Below are positions 1-10,757 of a stretch of DNA of 45,409 nt, one piece after another. Position 1 is the stretch's first letter. The number at the start of each line of letters is the position of its first letter. The notes under the pieces are model-generated. The model was not told where the DNA came from. It ran no database searches and was given only the letters and a program-made list of their open reading frames with translations. This DNA is from an uncultured Hyphomonas sp. (GTDB lineage Bacteria > Pseudomonadota > Alphaproteobacteria > Caulobacterales > Hyphomonadaceae), in the NCBI GenBank assembly GCA_964443965.1, contig CAYUFN010000003.1, positions 1 through 45,409 of the forward strand, written 5' to 3'. The translations under genes were made by a program, and so were the position numbers.

Positions 1-73
1 CGCCGTTCACGTCAATCAGGACATGGTCGGTGCCGATGGCGGCTATGGTTCCGGTGAGGCGGCCTATGATCAT
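1..73 (-). CDS. ruvA: Holliday junction branch-migration protein RuvA, first 24 codons only (gene runs off the window start)
   Basis: Minus-strand frame from ATG at 73..71 reads MIIGRLTGTIAAIGTDHVLIDVNG, which fits the canonical RuvA N-terminus (MIGRL.G...LI.V.GVGY). The ATG overlaps the ruvC TGA (72..70) in an ATGA junction, and ruvC-ruvA order is conserved. Confidence 0.7.
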   Translation of the reverse strand, partial: MIIGRLTGTIAAIGTDHVLIDVNG

Positions 74-567
74 GCTGCCACTCCATGTCTTGGCTTGTGG
101 TGGGCAGCGCAAATGGCGCATGCCAGCGCATCTGCGGCGTCCTCGCTCATTTTTCCAGCGCGCGGCAAGAGGCGCGCGATCATGAATTGCACCTGTTTCT
201 TATCGGCTGCGCCTGTTCCAACAACCGAGAGCTTAATCTTACGCGGAGCATATTCGCCAATTTCGAGACCCTCGCGCGCAAGGGCTGTCATCGCAGCGCC
301 ACGTGCCTGTCCAAGCTTCAAGGCGGCGCGCGCATTCACATTTACAAGCGTTTCCTCAACGCCTGCATAGTCTGGCTTGTGTTCAATCACGAGGCCGGAC
401 ACAGCGGAGAAAATATAGGCCAGCCGCTTGCCGAGCGGATCATCTGTCGGCGCTTTGATTACGCCATGCGCGACATGGGAAAGGCGCGGCCCCGTCACAT
501 CGATAATGCCCCAACCGGTATGGCGAAGGCCCGGATCAATGCCGAGGATTCGAATGGTCTCTGTCAT
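70..567 (-). CDS. ruvC: crossover junction endodeoxyribonuclease RuvC
   Basis: ORF track 70..585. MTETIRILGIDPGLRHTGWGII matches the RuvC N-terminal catalytic-Asp strand (GIDPG). I prefer Met-7 (567) as the start because homologs begin just before this strand. Confidence 0.92.
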   Translation of the reverse strand: MTETIRILGIDPGLRHTGWGIIDVTGPRLSHVAHGVIKAPTDDPLGKRLAYIFSAVSGLVIEHKPDYAGVEETLVNVNARAALKLGQARGAAMTALAREGLEIGEYAPRKIKLSVVGTGAADKKQVQFMIARLLPRAGKMSEDAADALACAICAAHHKPRHGVAA

Positions 568-743
568 GGCTCTAGCTATGCGCATTGAGGGTTAACCAAG
601 GGTAAAAGGTTTCTGTTTTGTTCACATGAATCACTATGAGCTGCGCCGGGCTGGGAGGCAAGAGGTAAGCAGATAAGCTGCGCACGGATACTAACGCAAA
701 TGTGATGTAGGTCTGAACATACAGCTAAAGGTTTCGCGCTTAT

Positions 744-1283
744 ATGAGAACCATGATGACAAAAATACACACACCTGATCTTTCTCGCCGGGTCCTGCTC
801 CTCAGTGGGGCAGCAAGCCTAATGCTGGCGGCCTGCTCACGCCGGGGAGCGGCGAATGCCACAACCGAAACTGGTGAGGACCGGTTTGCCAATTCTGATT
901 TTCGCGATTGGAGCCAGGCCCAGTGGAAAGAAGTGCTTAGCCCAGCAAGCTTTTATGTCTTGCGAGAGGCCGGCACAGAGCGCCCTTGGACCTCGCCCCT
1001 GAATGATGAAAAGCGCGCCGGAAAGTTCCATTGCGCGGGCTGTGATTTGCCATTGTTTGACGCAGCGACAAAGTATGACAGCCGCACGGGTTGGCCGAGC
1101 TTCTTTGATACAATCAAGGAAAACATTGGCACCAGCACCGATTATAAGATCGGCTATGCGCGTACCGAATATCATTGCGCGCGCTGCCTTGGGCATCAGG
1201 GACATTTATTCAATGATGGTCCTGCACCAACACGTCTGCGCTATTGCAATAATGGTGTCGCGCTGAAATTTGTCCCGGCTTAG
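744..1283 (+). CDS. msrB: peptide-methionine (R)-S-oxide reductase MsrB with Tat-like lipoprotein signal peptide
   Basis: Two CxxC zinc motifs (CAGC, CARC), GHQGHLFNDGP and the catalytic RYCNNG motif. The N-terminus LSRRVLLLSGAASLMLAAC combines a twin-arginine motif with a lipobox (LAAC). Confidence 0.9.
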   Translation: MRTMMTKIHTPDLSRRVLLLSGAASLMLAACSRRGAANATTETGEDRFANSDFRDWSQAQWKEVLSPASFYVLREAGTERPWTSPLNDEKRAGKFHCAGCDLPLFDAATKYDSRTGWPSFFDTIKENIGTSTDYKIGYARTEYHCARCLGHQGHLFNDGPAPTRLRYCNNGVALKFVPA

Positions 1284-1364
1284 CCCAGGGTTACTCTTCA
1301 CAATCCCTGCCAAATAGTCTCTCTTATGTCTTGAAAAACAAGACGCTGCGGGAGGCTATGCGCC

Positions 1365-3311
1365 ATGAGTGATGATTTAGTATATAAAGTGCCGACAGGC
1401 TTTGCAGAAGCGGCCAATCTCAGCCCCGAAAAATATAATGAGATGTATGCTGCCTCGTTGGCTGATCCGGATGCGTTCTGGGGTGAGCAGGGCAAGCGTC
1501 TGGATTGGATGACGCCTTACACAAAGGTCAAGAACACAAGCTGGGACAAGGCCAACCTCGCGATTAAATGGTATGAAGACGGCGTTCTGAATGTGACGGC
1601 GAACTGCATTGACCGCCATGCTCACGGGCCGCGCGCAGATAAAGTCGCTTTACTTTGGGAAGGGGACGAGCCGACTAACAGTAAGGCGGTGACCTATCGC
1701 GAATTGCTCGGCGAGGTCTCGCGCTTTGCCAATGTGCTCAAAAAGCTTGGCGCAAAGAAAGGCGACCGTATCACCATCTATATGCCGATGATTTTGGAAG
1801 CGGCCTATGCCATGCTCGCCTGCGCGCGCATTGGCGCGGTGCACTCGGTAGTGTTTGGCGGGTTTAGCCCTGAAGCGCTGGCTGGCCGGATAACCGATTG
1901 CGACAGCCGTTTTGTGATCACCGCTGATGAGGGCCTGCGCGGCGGACGGATTGTGCCGCTAAAAGTGAACGCGGATGCGGCGTGCGAGATTGCGGGCATT
2001 GTCGAGGCGCAGCTTGTCGTCCGCCGAACGGGCAATACGGTAGGCTGGACAAAGGGCCGGGACCACTGGCTGCATGAAGTTGCCAGCGAGGTGTCCGATG
2101 ATTGCCCGCCCGAGCCGATGAGCGCAGAAGATCCGCTCTTTATCCTCTACACATCTGGCTCAACCGGAAAACCCAAAGGTGTGCTCCACACGACCGGCGG
2201 TTATCTTGTCTGGGCGTCGATGACGCACGAATATGTCTTCGACCTGAAAGAGGATGACGTCTACTGGTGTTCAGCTGATGTTGGCTGGGTGACAGGTCAT
2301 TCCTATATCGTGTACGGACCATTAGCCAACGGCGCGACAAGCTTGATGTTTGAAGGCGTGCCGACCTATCCTGATGCGTCCCGCTTCTGGCAGGTATGTG
2401 ACAAGCACAAGGTGTCGCTCTTCTATACCGCGCCGACCGCCATCCGCGCACTCATGCGCGAGGGGGCAGGGCCGGTTGAGGCGACAGACCGTTCAAGTAT
2501 CCGCTTGCTGGGAACGGTAGGTGAACCGATTAATCCAGAGGCGTGGGAATGGTATTTCCACACTGTCGGAGAGGGGCGTTGCCCGATTGTCGACACCTAT
2601 TGGCAGACCGAAACGGGCGCGTGCATGATGGTGCCGCTACCGGGCGCAACGGATATGAAGCCAGGCGCGGCCAGCCATCCTTTCTTTGGCATACAGCCTA
2701 AGCTCGTGGATGCGGAAGGGGCCGAACTGCACGGCGAAACCGAGGGTAATCTCATCATCACGGATAGCTGGCCAGGGCAAATGCGCACCGTATACGGAGA
2801 TCATCAGCGCTTCATCGACACATATTTCTCGACCTATCCGGGGAATTATTTCACAGGTGATGGCTGCAAGCGCGATGCTGATGGCTTTTACTGGATCACA
2901 GGTCGCGTCGATGATGTTATAAATGTTTCAGGCCACCGCATGGGCACGGCCGAGGTGGAAAGCGCGCTCGTCAGCCATGACAGCGTCGCAGAGGCTGCCG
3001 TCGTTGGCTATCCGCACGACATCAAAGGTCAGGGCATTTATGCCTATGTCACCCCGATTGCGGGGGTGACGGCAGATGAGGATTTGAAAACCGCGCTCGT
3101 CAAACACGTCCGCAAGGAAATCGGCCCGATTGCATCGCCGGACCTCATTCAGTTTGCGACCGGCTTGCCGAAAACGCGTTCCGGAAAAATCATGCGGCGG
3201 ATTCTGCGCAAAATTGCCGAGGACAGTTTCGACAATCTCGGTGACACCTCAACACTTGCCGAACCTGCTGTCGTCGATGACCTGATCGAAAATCGGCAGA
3301 ACCGAGGTTAA
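1365..3311 (+). CDS. acs: acetyl-CoA synthetase (AMP-forming)
   Basis: 648-aa ORF with [14 protein letters not shown]-binding motif, WWQTETG-like YWQTETG and the C-terminal [11 protein letters not shown] motif. GGGAGG Shine-Dalgarno lies 9 nt upstream of the ATG at 1365. Confidence 0.97.
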   Translation: MSDDLVYKVPTGFAEAANLSPEKYNEMYAASLADPDAFWGEQGKRLDWMTPYTKVKNTSWDKANLAIKWYEDGVLNVTANCIDRHAHGPRADKVALLWEGDEPTNSKAVTYRELLGEVSRFANVLKKLGAKKGDRITIYMPMILEAAYAMLACARIGAVHSVVFGGFSPEALAGRITDCDSRFVITADEGLRGGRIVPLKVNADAACEIAGIVEAQLVVRRTGNTVGWTKGRDHWLHEVASEVSDDCPPEPMSAEDPLFILYTSGSTGKPKGVLHTTGGYLVWASMTHEYVFDLKEDDVYWCSADVGWVTGHSYIVYGPLANGATSLMFEGVPTYPDASRFWQVCDKHKVSLFYTAPTAIRALMREGAGPVEATDRSSIRLLGTVGEPINPEAWEWYFHTVGEGRCPIVDTYWQTETGACMMVPLPGATDMKPGAASHPFFGIQPKLVDAEGAELHGETEGNLIITDSWPGQMRTVYGDHQRFIDTYFSTYPGNYFTGDGCKRDADGFYWITGRVDDVINVSGHRMGTAEVESALVSHDSVAEAAVVGYPHDIKGQGIYAYVTPIAGVTADEDLKTALVKHVRKEIGPIASPDLIQFATGLPKTRSGKIMRRILRKIAEDSFDNLGDTSTLAEPAVVDDLIENRQNRG

Positions 3312-3500
3312 ACTTGAGTAGAGAAACCCCTGACCCTGAAGAACCGAGTCGCTTTTTAAGCAGCTTTGTTGAGATGTTAGGTTTGTTTGGTTGCTTGATA
3401 TTTGCTAAGCAAGCCGTGACCGATGCTCACATTGCGCTTAGCGCCTCATACCTATATGAGAAGGGCAACAAATAACCCTCTACTAGCGGAGCCCTCCCAT

Positions 3501-6173
3501 ATGGCATCTCTCGACAGCTTCAAATCCAAGTCGACCCTCACCGTAGGCGATAAGACCTACACATATTATTCGCTGGCAAAAGCGGCTGAAAACGGCTTGG
3601 GCGATATTTCGCGCCTGCCTGCCTCTCTCAAGGTTCTGCTTGAGAATATGCTTCGCAATGAGGATGGAAAATCGGTCACAAAGGACGATATTGTGGCATT
3701 TAAGACATGGCTCGACAATGGCGGCTCGGTTACACAAGAGATTGCCTATCGCCCGGCGCGGGTCTTGATGCAGGATTTTACCGGGGTTCCTGCCGTGGTT
3801 GATTTGGCTGCGATGCGCGATGCCAGCCAGAAGCTTGGCGGCAAAGCGTCTGCGATTAACCCGCAAGTCCCTGTTGATCTCGTTATCGACCATTCGGTAA
3901 TGGTAGATAATTTTGGCGGCAAGGACAGTTTCAAGCGCAATGTTGAGCGTGAATATGAGCGCAATGGTGAGCGCTATGAGTTCCTGCGCTGGGGCGGTTC
4001 GGCCTTTGAAAACTTCCGCGTTGTACCCCCGGGTACTGGCATTTGCCATCAGGTGAACCTCGAATATCTTGGCAAAACGGTCTGGACCAAGGATGAGGGC
4101 GGCGAAACGGTTGCCTATCCTGATACCTGCGTCGGTACAGACAGCCACACAACCATGATTAATGGTTTGTCAGTGCTCGGTTGGGGCGTTGGTGGGATCG
4201 AGGCGGAAGCGGCTATGCTTGGCCAACCTGTGTCCATGTTGATCCCAGAAGTGGTCGGGTTCAAGCTGACCGGAAAACTCCCAGAAGGGGCGACCGCGAC
4301 AGACCTTGTGCTCACGGTTACTAAAATGATGCGTGACAAGGGCGTTGTGGCTAAATTCACTGAATTCTTTGGGCCGGGCCTTGCCAATCTGACGCTGGAA
4401 GATCAGGCAACGCTCTCGAACATGTCTCCCGAGTTTGGCTCAACCTGTGCTTTCTTCCCCGTTGATGAGGAAACGCTGACATATCTTGGTGACACAGGCC
4501 GTGAAACGGCGCTGGTCAAAGCCTATGCTGAGGCGCAAGGATATTGGCGTCCAGACATGGAAGAGCCGATCTTTACCGATACGCTTGAGCTTGACCTTTC
4601 TACTGTTCAACCGTCCATCTCTGGGCCGAAACGCCCGCAGGATCATGTGCTCTTGTCTGATGCGGACACAGCGTTCCTTGAGGCCATGCAAAAGGAATTT
4701 GGTACTGATCCAGCTGATAAGAAAGAAATCCCTGTTGATGGCGAAGGTTATACGGTTACCCATGGGGATGTGTTTATTGCTGCGATTACCTCCTGCACGA
4801 ACACATCCAATCCAAGCGTTCTGATCGCAGCAGGTCTTGTCGCGCGTAAGGCGGCGGCCTTGGGCCTGAACCGTAAGCCGTGGGTGAAAACATCTCTCGC
4901 ACCGGGCTCTCAGGTCGTCACCGATTATCTCGATAAGGCGGATTTGACCAAAGACCTTAATGCGCTCGGTTTCAATCTGGTCGGCTATGGCTGCACAACA
5001 TGTATCGGTAACTCCGGTCCGTTGGCTGCCCCGCTTTCAAGAGCGATTGCAGAGGGTGATCTTGTGTCTTGCTCAGTGCTGTCTGGTAACCGAAATTTTG
5101 AGGGCCGGATCGGGCCGGATATTAAAGCCAACTATCTCGCTTCGCCGCCACTGGTTGTGGCCTACGCGATTGCGGGTTCACTTAAGGTCAATGTTGCCAA
5201 GGACAGTCTCGGAAAGGACAAAGATGGTAATGATGTTTATTTGAAAGATATTTGGCCGACGAATGCTGAAATTCAAGCGATCATGCGCGAAGCGGTGACG
5301 CCTGCCATGTTTGCAGAGCGTTATGGTGATGTTTTCAAAGGTGATGAAGCCTGGCAGGGGATTGAGGTCTCCGGAGGCCAAACTTATGATTGGCCGTCTG
5401 AATCGACCTATGTGCAGAACCCACCTTATTTCGATGGCATGACAATGGATATTGAGGCACCAGCTGATATTCACCATGCGCGTGTGCTTGGCTTGTTTGG
5501 CGATTCGATCACCACGGATCACATTTCTCCTGCGGGAAATATCAAAGCAGATAGCCCGGCTGGCGAGTATCTGCGTGCGCATAAAGTGCCGATCATGGAG
5601 TTTAATTCCTATGGGTCGCGACGAGGTAATCATCAGGTGATGATGCGCGGTACATTTGCGAATATTCGCATAAAGAACCTTATGGTGCCTGGCGTAGAGG
5701 GGGGGATCACTAAGCATCACCCGTCTGGTGATGTGATGCCAATTTATGATGCGGCAATGCGCTATAAGGAGCAGAATGTGCCCTTGGTTGTTTTTGCCGG
5801 AAACTTATATGGAAATGGCTCGTCGCGCGATTGGGCAGCCAAAGGCACAATCCTGCTAGGTGTGCGTGCTGTAATTGCCGGATCATTCGAACGTATTCAT
5901 CGCTCGAATCTAATTGGTATGGGTGTTTTACCGCTTGAGTTTGCAGAAGGTGCAAGTGCCGATAGCCTTGGTCTAACGGGCGAAGAGCAGGTCACGATTG
6001 AAGGTATTAATGACATCAAGCCACGCCAAACGCTCGACGTGCAGATTACAAAGGCGGATGGTTCGAAAATTGTTGCCAAGACAACCGTGCGGATTGATAC
6101 GGAGAATGAGCTAGATTATTATCGAAATGGCGGCATCCTGCACTATGTTCTTCGAAATCTAGCCGCTGCTTAG
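3501..6173 (+). CDS. acnA: aconitate hydratase AcnA
   Basis: About 890-aa frame with aconitase signatures ([56 protein letters not shown]). Start placed at the ATG at 3501 (MASLDSFKS...) rather than the track start at 3423, because homologs begin near this point. Confidence 0.96.
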   Translation: MASLDSFKSKSTLTVGDKTYTYYSLAKAAENGLGDISRLPASLKVLLENMLRNEDGKSVTKDDIVAFKTWLDNGGSVTQEIAYRPARVLMQDFTGVPAVVDLAAMRDASQKLGGKASAINPQVPVDLVIDHSVMVDNFGGKDSFKRNVEREYERNGERYEFLRWGGSAFENFRVVPPGTGICHQVNLEYLGKTVWTKDEGGETVAYPDTCVGTDSHTTMINGLSVLGWGVGGIEAEAAMLGQPVSMLIPEVVGFKLTGKLPEGATATDLVLTVTKMMRDKGVVAKFTEFFGPGLANLTLEDQATLSNMSPEFGSTCAFFPVDEETLTYLGDTGRETALVKAYAEAQGYWRPDMEEPIFTDTLELDLSTVQPSISGPKRPQDHVLLSDADTAFLEAMQKEFGTDPADKKEIPVDGEGYTVTHGDVFIAAITSCTNTSNPSVLIAAGLVARKAAALGLNRKPWVKTSLAPGSQVVTDYLDKADLTKDLNALGFNLVGYGCTTCIGNSGPLAAPLSRAIAEGDLVSCSVLSGNRNFEGRIGPDIKANYLASPPLVVAYAIAGSLKVNVAKDSLGKDKDGNDVYLKDIWPTNAEIQAIMREAVTPAMFAERYGDVFKGDEAWQGIEVSGGQTYDWPSESTYVQNPPYFDGMTMDIEAPADIHHARVLGLFGDSITTDHISPAGNIKADSPAGEYLRAHKVPIMEFNSYGSRRGNHQVMMRGTFANIRIKNLMVPGVEGGITKHHPSGDVMPIYDAAMRYKEQNVPLVVFAGNLYGNGSSRDWAAKGTILLGVRAVIAGSFERIHRSNLIGMGVLPLEFAEGASADSLGLTGEEQVTIEGINDIKPRQTLDVQITKADGSKIVAKTTVRIDTENELDYYRNGGILHYVLRNLAAA

Positions 6174-6190
6174 CTTTAAACACAAATACC

Positions 6191-6226
6191 AAAACGCCCT
6201 TCATAACCGTGAGGGGCGTTTTTTGT
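6191..6226. terminator. bidirectional rho-independent terminator between convergent acnA and the DUF4340 operon
   Basis: AAAACGCCCT (6191..6200) pairs with GGGGCGTTTT (6213..6222) around a 12-nt loop. It is flanked by an A-run on the left and a T-run on the right, so it can terminate both strands. Confidence 0.8.
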
Positions 6227-6234
6227 GTTTTACT

Positions 6235-7254
6235 TTAGCGCCTGACAATCGAGCGTACGGGCGGCGTGAATTCATTCCAATCAAACTCAGTTAGTCGAAA
6301 CGCCCAGCCTTCCGCTTTTGTGTTGATCGTCTCAGCTCGCCGTGCGCCTTCACCTGCCTCGACAGCGCGTAAAGTTATGTAAAAGCCTTCAGGTTCACGG
6401 TAGGTGGAAACGTCTACTTCTAAGCCATCATGTGTTGATGTAATGTGACGCCCGACACGGCGCGTTTCAAGTGCGCTGGCAGGTTTGACATCGATTGGGG
6501 CAAGCCGGCTTAGCGCAAGCGCAGGACCTGAAGTCGTCAAACGGCTGATCAACTGGTCTGATTCATATGGAGGAGCAGGACGAAAAGCGCGCGCGCCTGC
6601 TCCAGGCTCCCGGCTGAGGTAAAGGCTCTCGCCACGTGCATCAGTAATGCGCACCGCCCCAATTACGTCTGTGGCCATATCAACAATATTGAGGTCGAGC
6701 CATGCTTCGCGCGTATAGAGCGGAGGGAGATCGCCAACAAGTCGAAAAGCGGTTGTTTCATCGGGACGACGTGCATACAGACGATCTTCGCGCCTGCCTG
6801 TGATAAGTGAGCTTATCACGGTGTCATCTTGGGCAATGACTTCAATATAGGCACCATTCCCGCCATTGGATGGATCCCCAAGGCCGATTAGCTTTAGCTT
6901 AGCGGGATCTGTTGTGCGTTTGGCACCCCATTCAAGACTGATTAAGCCCTCTGCCAGAGCAGCTAGACGATCTGGGCGCACTGGATAATTTCCAGATTCA
7001 ATCATGCCCCAGTCCTTGCCGCCTACTTGCCTGCGTTTGAGCGTATAAGAGCTATCGCCTAGACGCACGCGGATGATTTTTGCCTTGTCAATTGTTTGGC
7101 TCAGGCGCGGGAAAACAAAATGGCCTGTGCGTGGGCTACCATTATATTTTGCATGATTTGATAAGTTAAAGACACTCAATATAAAGAGACTAATCGTTGC
7201 AATGCTCAATCCCAGCAAAATGGCCTTGCGTTTGCCCTTGCGTATCTGGTTCAT
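6235..7254 (-). CDS. DUF4340-like membrane-anchored protein, last gene of the ABC/GldG-like operon
   Basis: 339-aa ORF with an N-terminal TM anchor (KAILLGLSIATISLFILSVF). It has a 4-nt overlap with the upstream GldG-like gene. Position and size match the DUF4340 partner usually found after GldG-like genes; family assigned by context and by eye. Confidence 0.65.
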   Translation of the reverse strand: MNQIRKGKRKAILLGLSIATISLFILSVFNLSNHAKYNGSPRTGHFVFPRLSQTIDKAKIIRVRLGDSSYTLKRRQVGGKDWGMIESGNYPVRPDRLAALAEGLISLEWGAKRTTDPAKLKLIGLGDPSNGGNGAYIEVIAQDDTVISSLITGRREDRLYARRPDETTAFRLVGDLPPLYTREAWLDLNIVDMATDVIGAVRITDARGESLYLSREPGAGARAFRPAPPYESDQLISRLTTSGPALALSRLAPIDVKPASALETRRVGRHITSTHDGLEVDVSTYREPEGFYITLRAVEAGEGARRAETINTKAEGWAFRLTEFDWNEFTPPVRSIVRR

Positions 7255-9134
7255 GTTTGTAACCTCTTTTTGCGCAACCAGATAAAGAAGCCAAGTAATA
7301 CAACAATTAATGGCCCGCCCCAGATATTCAGTAGGCGAAGTGTATTTTCTAGCCCATCAATCTCGCGGCGAAAATCTCTCTCAATGGCGCGTAAACGTTC
7401 GCGTGTTTCAAGAACGCTTTGGCGGAGTTCCCCAAGCTCTTGACGTTCTTCAGGGGTGAGGTCTGCATCAAGGTCTCCAGAGAAGAAACCGCCTGTCGCG
7501 CCAATTGTTTGCAATTCTTCTAGCCGACTCTGCGCCTGATCCAGTCTGTTTTCCAAGCGGGCCTGCTCATCAAAAAATTCATTCTGCGCCTTCTCCCTCA
7601 TGGCTTCAACACGAACCATTGGTCGCAGGTTGGGCGCGCGCGAGCGTAGTTGCAAAAGGTCGCTCCCGCCTGTCAGATTGTCCAGTGCATTCATAATAAA
7701 AGTTGCATTCTCCGCATATGGTGATCCTGAGCGGTGGTCGATATGGAAGGCATCATCGAGCATATCTGTATCTGCCAGAACAATGATTTCTGCCGGTTGA
7801 TTGCTAAGGTTGCGGTGCGGGCCTGCAGATTCACCCGAAAGACGAGCAAGCTCAGCGGCAACGGGATCACCGGCTTGGCTGATTGGTGGCCCAGATGGAA
7901 AAGCGGTCGTCAGGTTTCCTGATAATCTCGCTGCTAAGATCAAAGATGATTCAAGCGCGGAGTAAGCTTGCAAGACATCTTTTGGTGGCGCGTTCTGAAG
8001 CGCCAGATCTGGTGTGATGTAAGATGGTGATACGCTTGTAAAAAGTAGAGGGGTTGAAACGATTCCCGCTTTATCAAAAATCTTTAGTGCACCTGCCGCA
8101 CCTAAGTTTACAGTCAGGGACAATGGTGCGGTAATGGTATCTTCGAGGGCCATTGATCCGCGAGAAACCCCAATGAAAAGAGGCTGAGGGGCCTCGATTG
8201 TGCGGCCGTCCTCGGTGGTTGTAACGGTTAATGCGTTGCTGGCATCAGCAGCGACGTTTTCTTCAAGAGTGATGCCCCAAGCATCGCCAAGAATACCTAA
8301 GTCAGAGCGGGTATTTTGTCTGCCTGTACCGAAAATGCCACTTGCCTGTGCAATTGTTGAGGCAGGGTCGACTAGAATGAGGGCGCGACCTTTTTCAAGA
8401 ATGAATTGATCAATCAGGTAGGTCTGGCTTTCGGTAATGTTTGGCGCATGTGCGATGAGCAGGGCGTCAATTTCACTGGGAATGCTGGTAAAGTCGTCCT
8501 GAAGCGTTACGATGTTATATAAAGCAGCTATTTCACGCAGGATAAAGTAACCACCACTCTGTCCGTCTCCCTCCATATTAGGTAATTCAGTAATAATGCC
8601 GATCGTGGCAGGCTCAGGATTATCCAGACGTGCAACCAGACGAGTTAGGTCATATTCAAGTGTGGATTCACGCTCAGGCGCTAAAAAGGGGATGACAAGC
8701 TCATCATCAACAGCATTTCTGCCAATCAGACCAAAATACAGCGGGTCAGTCCCATCTGTAGCAACGGCAGTTATGCCTGCTGCCAAGGCTTGATCTTCAT
8801 CAATAGAGAATGGCGTTGGATCAATTTCAGCTAAGCGCAGATTTGCGCCGCCGAGGCCCTCATACGATTGAAGGACTTCTCTGACACGTTGCGCATAAGC
8901 CCGCACTGCCGGATAATCCTGGCCGACGCGGCGGGTATATACCAGTGTCAGGTCAATTGGTTCAGAGAGTTTCTGAAGCGTGGTTCTTGTTCCCTGACTT
9001 AATGTGAATTGCTTATTCTGTGTAAAGTCAATCCTCGCGCCTGCCGACAAAGACTGGACCAGTGTGTTAATGAGCAAAAAGATTATTAAGATCAGAGTGC
9101 TGATAGCAGGGATAAAAAAGCGATCAAACATCAT
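7251..9134 (-). CDS. GldG-like ABC-transporter auxiliary protein (ABC-type uncharacterized transport system)
   Basis: N-terminal TM segment, large extracytoplasmic body, C-terminal coiled-coil-like stretch (EKAQNEFFDEQARLENRLDQAQSRLEELQ) and a final TM segment (IWGGPLIVVLLGFFIWL). Start set at the ATG at 9134 (MMFDRFF...), which abuts the permease TGA, rather than the track start at 9179. Confidence 0.75.
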   Translation of the reverse strand: MMFDRFFIPAISTLILIIFLLINTLVQSLSAGARIDFTQNKQFTLSQGTRTTLQKLSEPIDLTLVYTRRVGQDYPAVRAYAQRVREVLQSYEGLGGANLRLAEIDPTPFSIDEDQALAAGITAVATDGTDPLYFGLIGRNAVDDELVIPFLAPERESTLEYDLTRLVARLDNPEPATIGIITELPNMEGDGQSGGYFILREIAALYNIVTLQDDFTSIPSEIDALLIAHAPNITESQTYLIDQFILEKGRALILVDPASTIAQASGIFGTGRQNTRSDLGILGDAWGITLEENVAADASNALTVTTTEDGRTIEAPQPLFIGVSRGSMALEDTITAPLSLTVNLGAAGALKIFDKAGIVSTPLLFTSVSPSYITPDLALQNAPPKDVLQAYSALESSLILAARLSGNLTTAFPSGPPISQAGDPVAAELARLSGESAGPHRNLSNQPAEIIVLADTDMLDDAFHIDHRSGSPYAENATFIMNALDNLTGGSDLLQLRSRAPNLRPMVRVEAMREKAQNEFFDEQARLENRLDQAQSRLEELQTIGATGGFFSGDLDADLTPEERQELGELRQSVLETRERLRAIERDFRREIDGLENTLRLLNIWGGPLIVVLLGFFIWLRKKRLQT

Positions 9135-9907
9135 CAACCTCGCCTGCGCGCGGCCCACAAGCCACCCAACAGAGACCAAAGCGCAATAAAGCCCAGAAAA
9201 TAAATGAGGGTGCGTAGTTCCAAAACGCCACGCTGAGCTGTCTCAAAGTGTGTCATAAAAGATAGCTGAGCGATTTGCTCTGCGATGAGTGGACCGAACG
9301 CATCACCAACGCCTGCCAGTACCAGCGGCCATCCTGCAACTGTGAACAGGAAGGCAATTGTAACTGAAATAACAAAGGCCGTGACTTGAGACTGCGTTAA
9401 GGCTGAAACAGCAGCACCAAGCGAAAGATAACAGCCAGCCATCAAAAAGCTCATGAAGTAAGCCAGTGCGATAGCTGCATTGTCGGCAGGCCCCAGATAG
9501 TTGACGCTAATCCACATCGGAAATGTCAGCACGAGCGTGACACCTGCAACTGTCCATGCAGCAAGGAGTTTCCCCAACATGATGCCACCAAGACCTACTG
9601 GGAGTGAAAAAAGCAGCTCGTCGGTTCCGCTGTTTTGTTCATCAGACCATAGCCGCATTGCAAGCGCGGGTAAGAAGATCATATACAACCAGGGGTGCCA
9701 GATGAAAAAGGGCGTTAAATCAGCACGGGCTGTATCGAAAAACCGGCCAACCTCCCAAGTAAATACGCCGATCGCCAAGAGGAATACGGCCATAAAAATG
9801 TAGGCCATTGGCGTGGTGAAATAGGTGTTGACTTCGCGTTTGTAGACAGCGGTAAAACCGGTAAACAAGTTGCTAATCTGTGTGTTTAGAGAAGACTTAT
9901 TTGTCAT
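9134..9907 (-). CDS. ABC-2 type transporter permease
   Basis: 257-aa polytopic hydrophobic ORF (about 6 TM segments). It has a 4-nt overlap with the upstream ATPase gene. Confidence 0.85.
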   Translation of the reverse strand: MTNKSSLNTQISNLFTGFTAVYKREVNTYFTTPMAYIFMAVFLLAIGVFTWEVGRFFDTARADLTPFFIWHPWLYMIFLPALAMRLWSDEQNSGTDELLFSLPVGLGGIMLGKLLAAWTVAGVTLVLTFPMWISVNYLGPADNAAIALAYFMSFLMAGCYLSLGAAVSALTQSQVTAFVISVTIAFLFTVAGWPLVLAGVGDAFGPLIAEQIAQLSFMTHFETAQRGVLELRTLIYFLGFIALWSLLGGLWAARRRG

Positions 9908-10638
9908 ACGGTTAGTCTCTCATTCGGGTTTGTTAACTCGCTAAAAACGCTCTCAAGGCCCCCATTATCAGCGGCTGAGGCCGCAAGCGCTTTTGGCGTG
10001 TCGTCAGCAACAATGCGTCCCCGGTCGATGATCGCCACGCGCGAGCACATCGCTGGCACTTCTTCGAGTGTATGTGTTGTAATGAGAATTGCTTTTTCTG
10101 CGGCCATACGCGTAATCAAGGCACGCACGGCGCGCTTCTGATTAGGGTCCAAGCCATCTGTTGGTTCATCCAGGAGCAAAACAGGTGGGTCTGTAAGGAT
10201 AGCCCCAGCAAGACCAACTCTCCTGCGAAACCCTTTAGAGAGCTCCCCGATGCGTTTGCCTGTGACTGCGCCAATGCGCGCATCAGCAGTTACACGTTCA
10301 ACGGCATTCTTACAGTCTTTGCTGCTTAAACCTCTGGCGCGCGCCAAGAACTGCAAGAAACCGGGCGGTGTCATGTCTTCATAGAGGGGTGCGCCTTCGG
10401 GCAGATACCCCAGCGCGCTTTGAGCAGCCCGGCGATGATACGTAATCGAGTGGCCGTTGATCAGTGCATCGCCGTCATCAGGTGTTAGGACGCCTGCAAT
10501 CATGCGAATCGTCGTGGATTTACCTGCACCGTTAGGCCCTAGAAACCCCAATACATCCCCTTTGTTGAGAGTAAGAGAAATCTTGTCCACAGCGCGTGTG
10601 CCGCCAAAACTTTTCGTTAGACCAGCCAGTTCAAGCAT
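9904..10638 (-). CDS. ABC transporter ATP-binding protein
   Basis: Walker A GPNGAGKST, Q-loop, signature LSKGFRRR and Walker B LLLDEPTDGLD. First gene of a four-gene operon. Confidence 0.93.
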   Translation of the reverse strand: MLELAGLTKSFGGTRAVDKISLTLNKGDVLGFLGPNGAGKSTTIRMIAGVLTPDDGDALINGHSITYHRRAAQSALGYLPEGAPLYEDMTPPGFLQFLARARGLSSKDCKNAVERVTADARIGAVTGKRIGELSKGFRRRVGLAGAILTDPPVLLLDEPTDGLDPNQKRAVRALITRMAAEKAILITTHTLEEVPAMCSRVAIIDRGRIVADDTPKALAASAADNGGLESVFSELTNPNERLTV

Positions 10639-10728
10639 TTTCCCTCAAGCGCTTAATATACATCACTGATTATCTCTAACGAGGCTTGCCAGTTTTGGCC
10701 AGAGGGACTCGCTGATGAGACTTATTGT

Positions 10729-10757
10729 AAAAAATAACCCCACCAGATCTGGCGGGG
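10729..10757 (-). terminator. orphan rho-independent terminator on the minus strand
   Basis: Minus strand reads CCCCGCCAGATCTGGTGGGG (10-bp stem, one mismatch) followed immediately by TTATTTTTT. No annotated minus-strand gene lies upstream of it. Confidence 0.55.

Noticed and set aside
23-588. Plus-strand ORFs 23..370 (115 aa) and 85..588 (167 aa)
   Set aside because: They lie entirely antisense to the well-supported ruvC/ruvA frames. The Ala/Arg/Ser-rich composition is typical of antisense frames, and no motifs are recognisable.
3423-3500. Upstream start (3423) adding 26 aa to AcnA
   Set aside because: The extension [26 protein letters not shown] has no counterpart in aconitases. MASLDSFKS at 3501 matches the usual N-terminus.
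3483-5720. Long minus-strand ORFs inside acnA (3483..4148, 221 aa; 5178..5720, 180 aa)
   Set aside because: They are antisense shadows of a highly conserved gene, with no recognisable domains and no independent start context.
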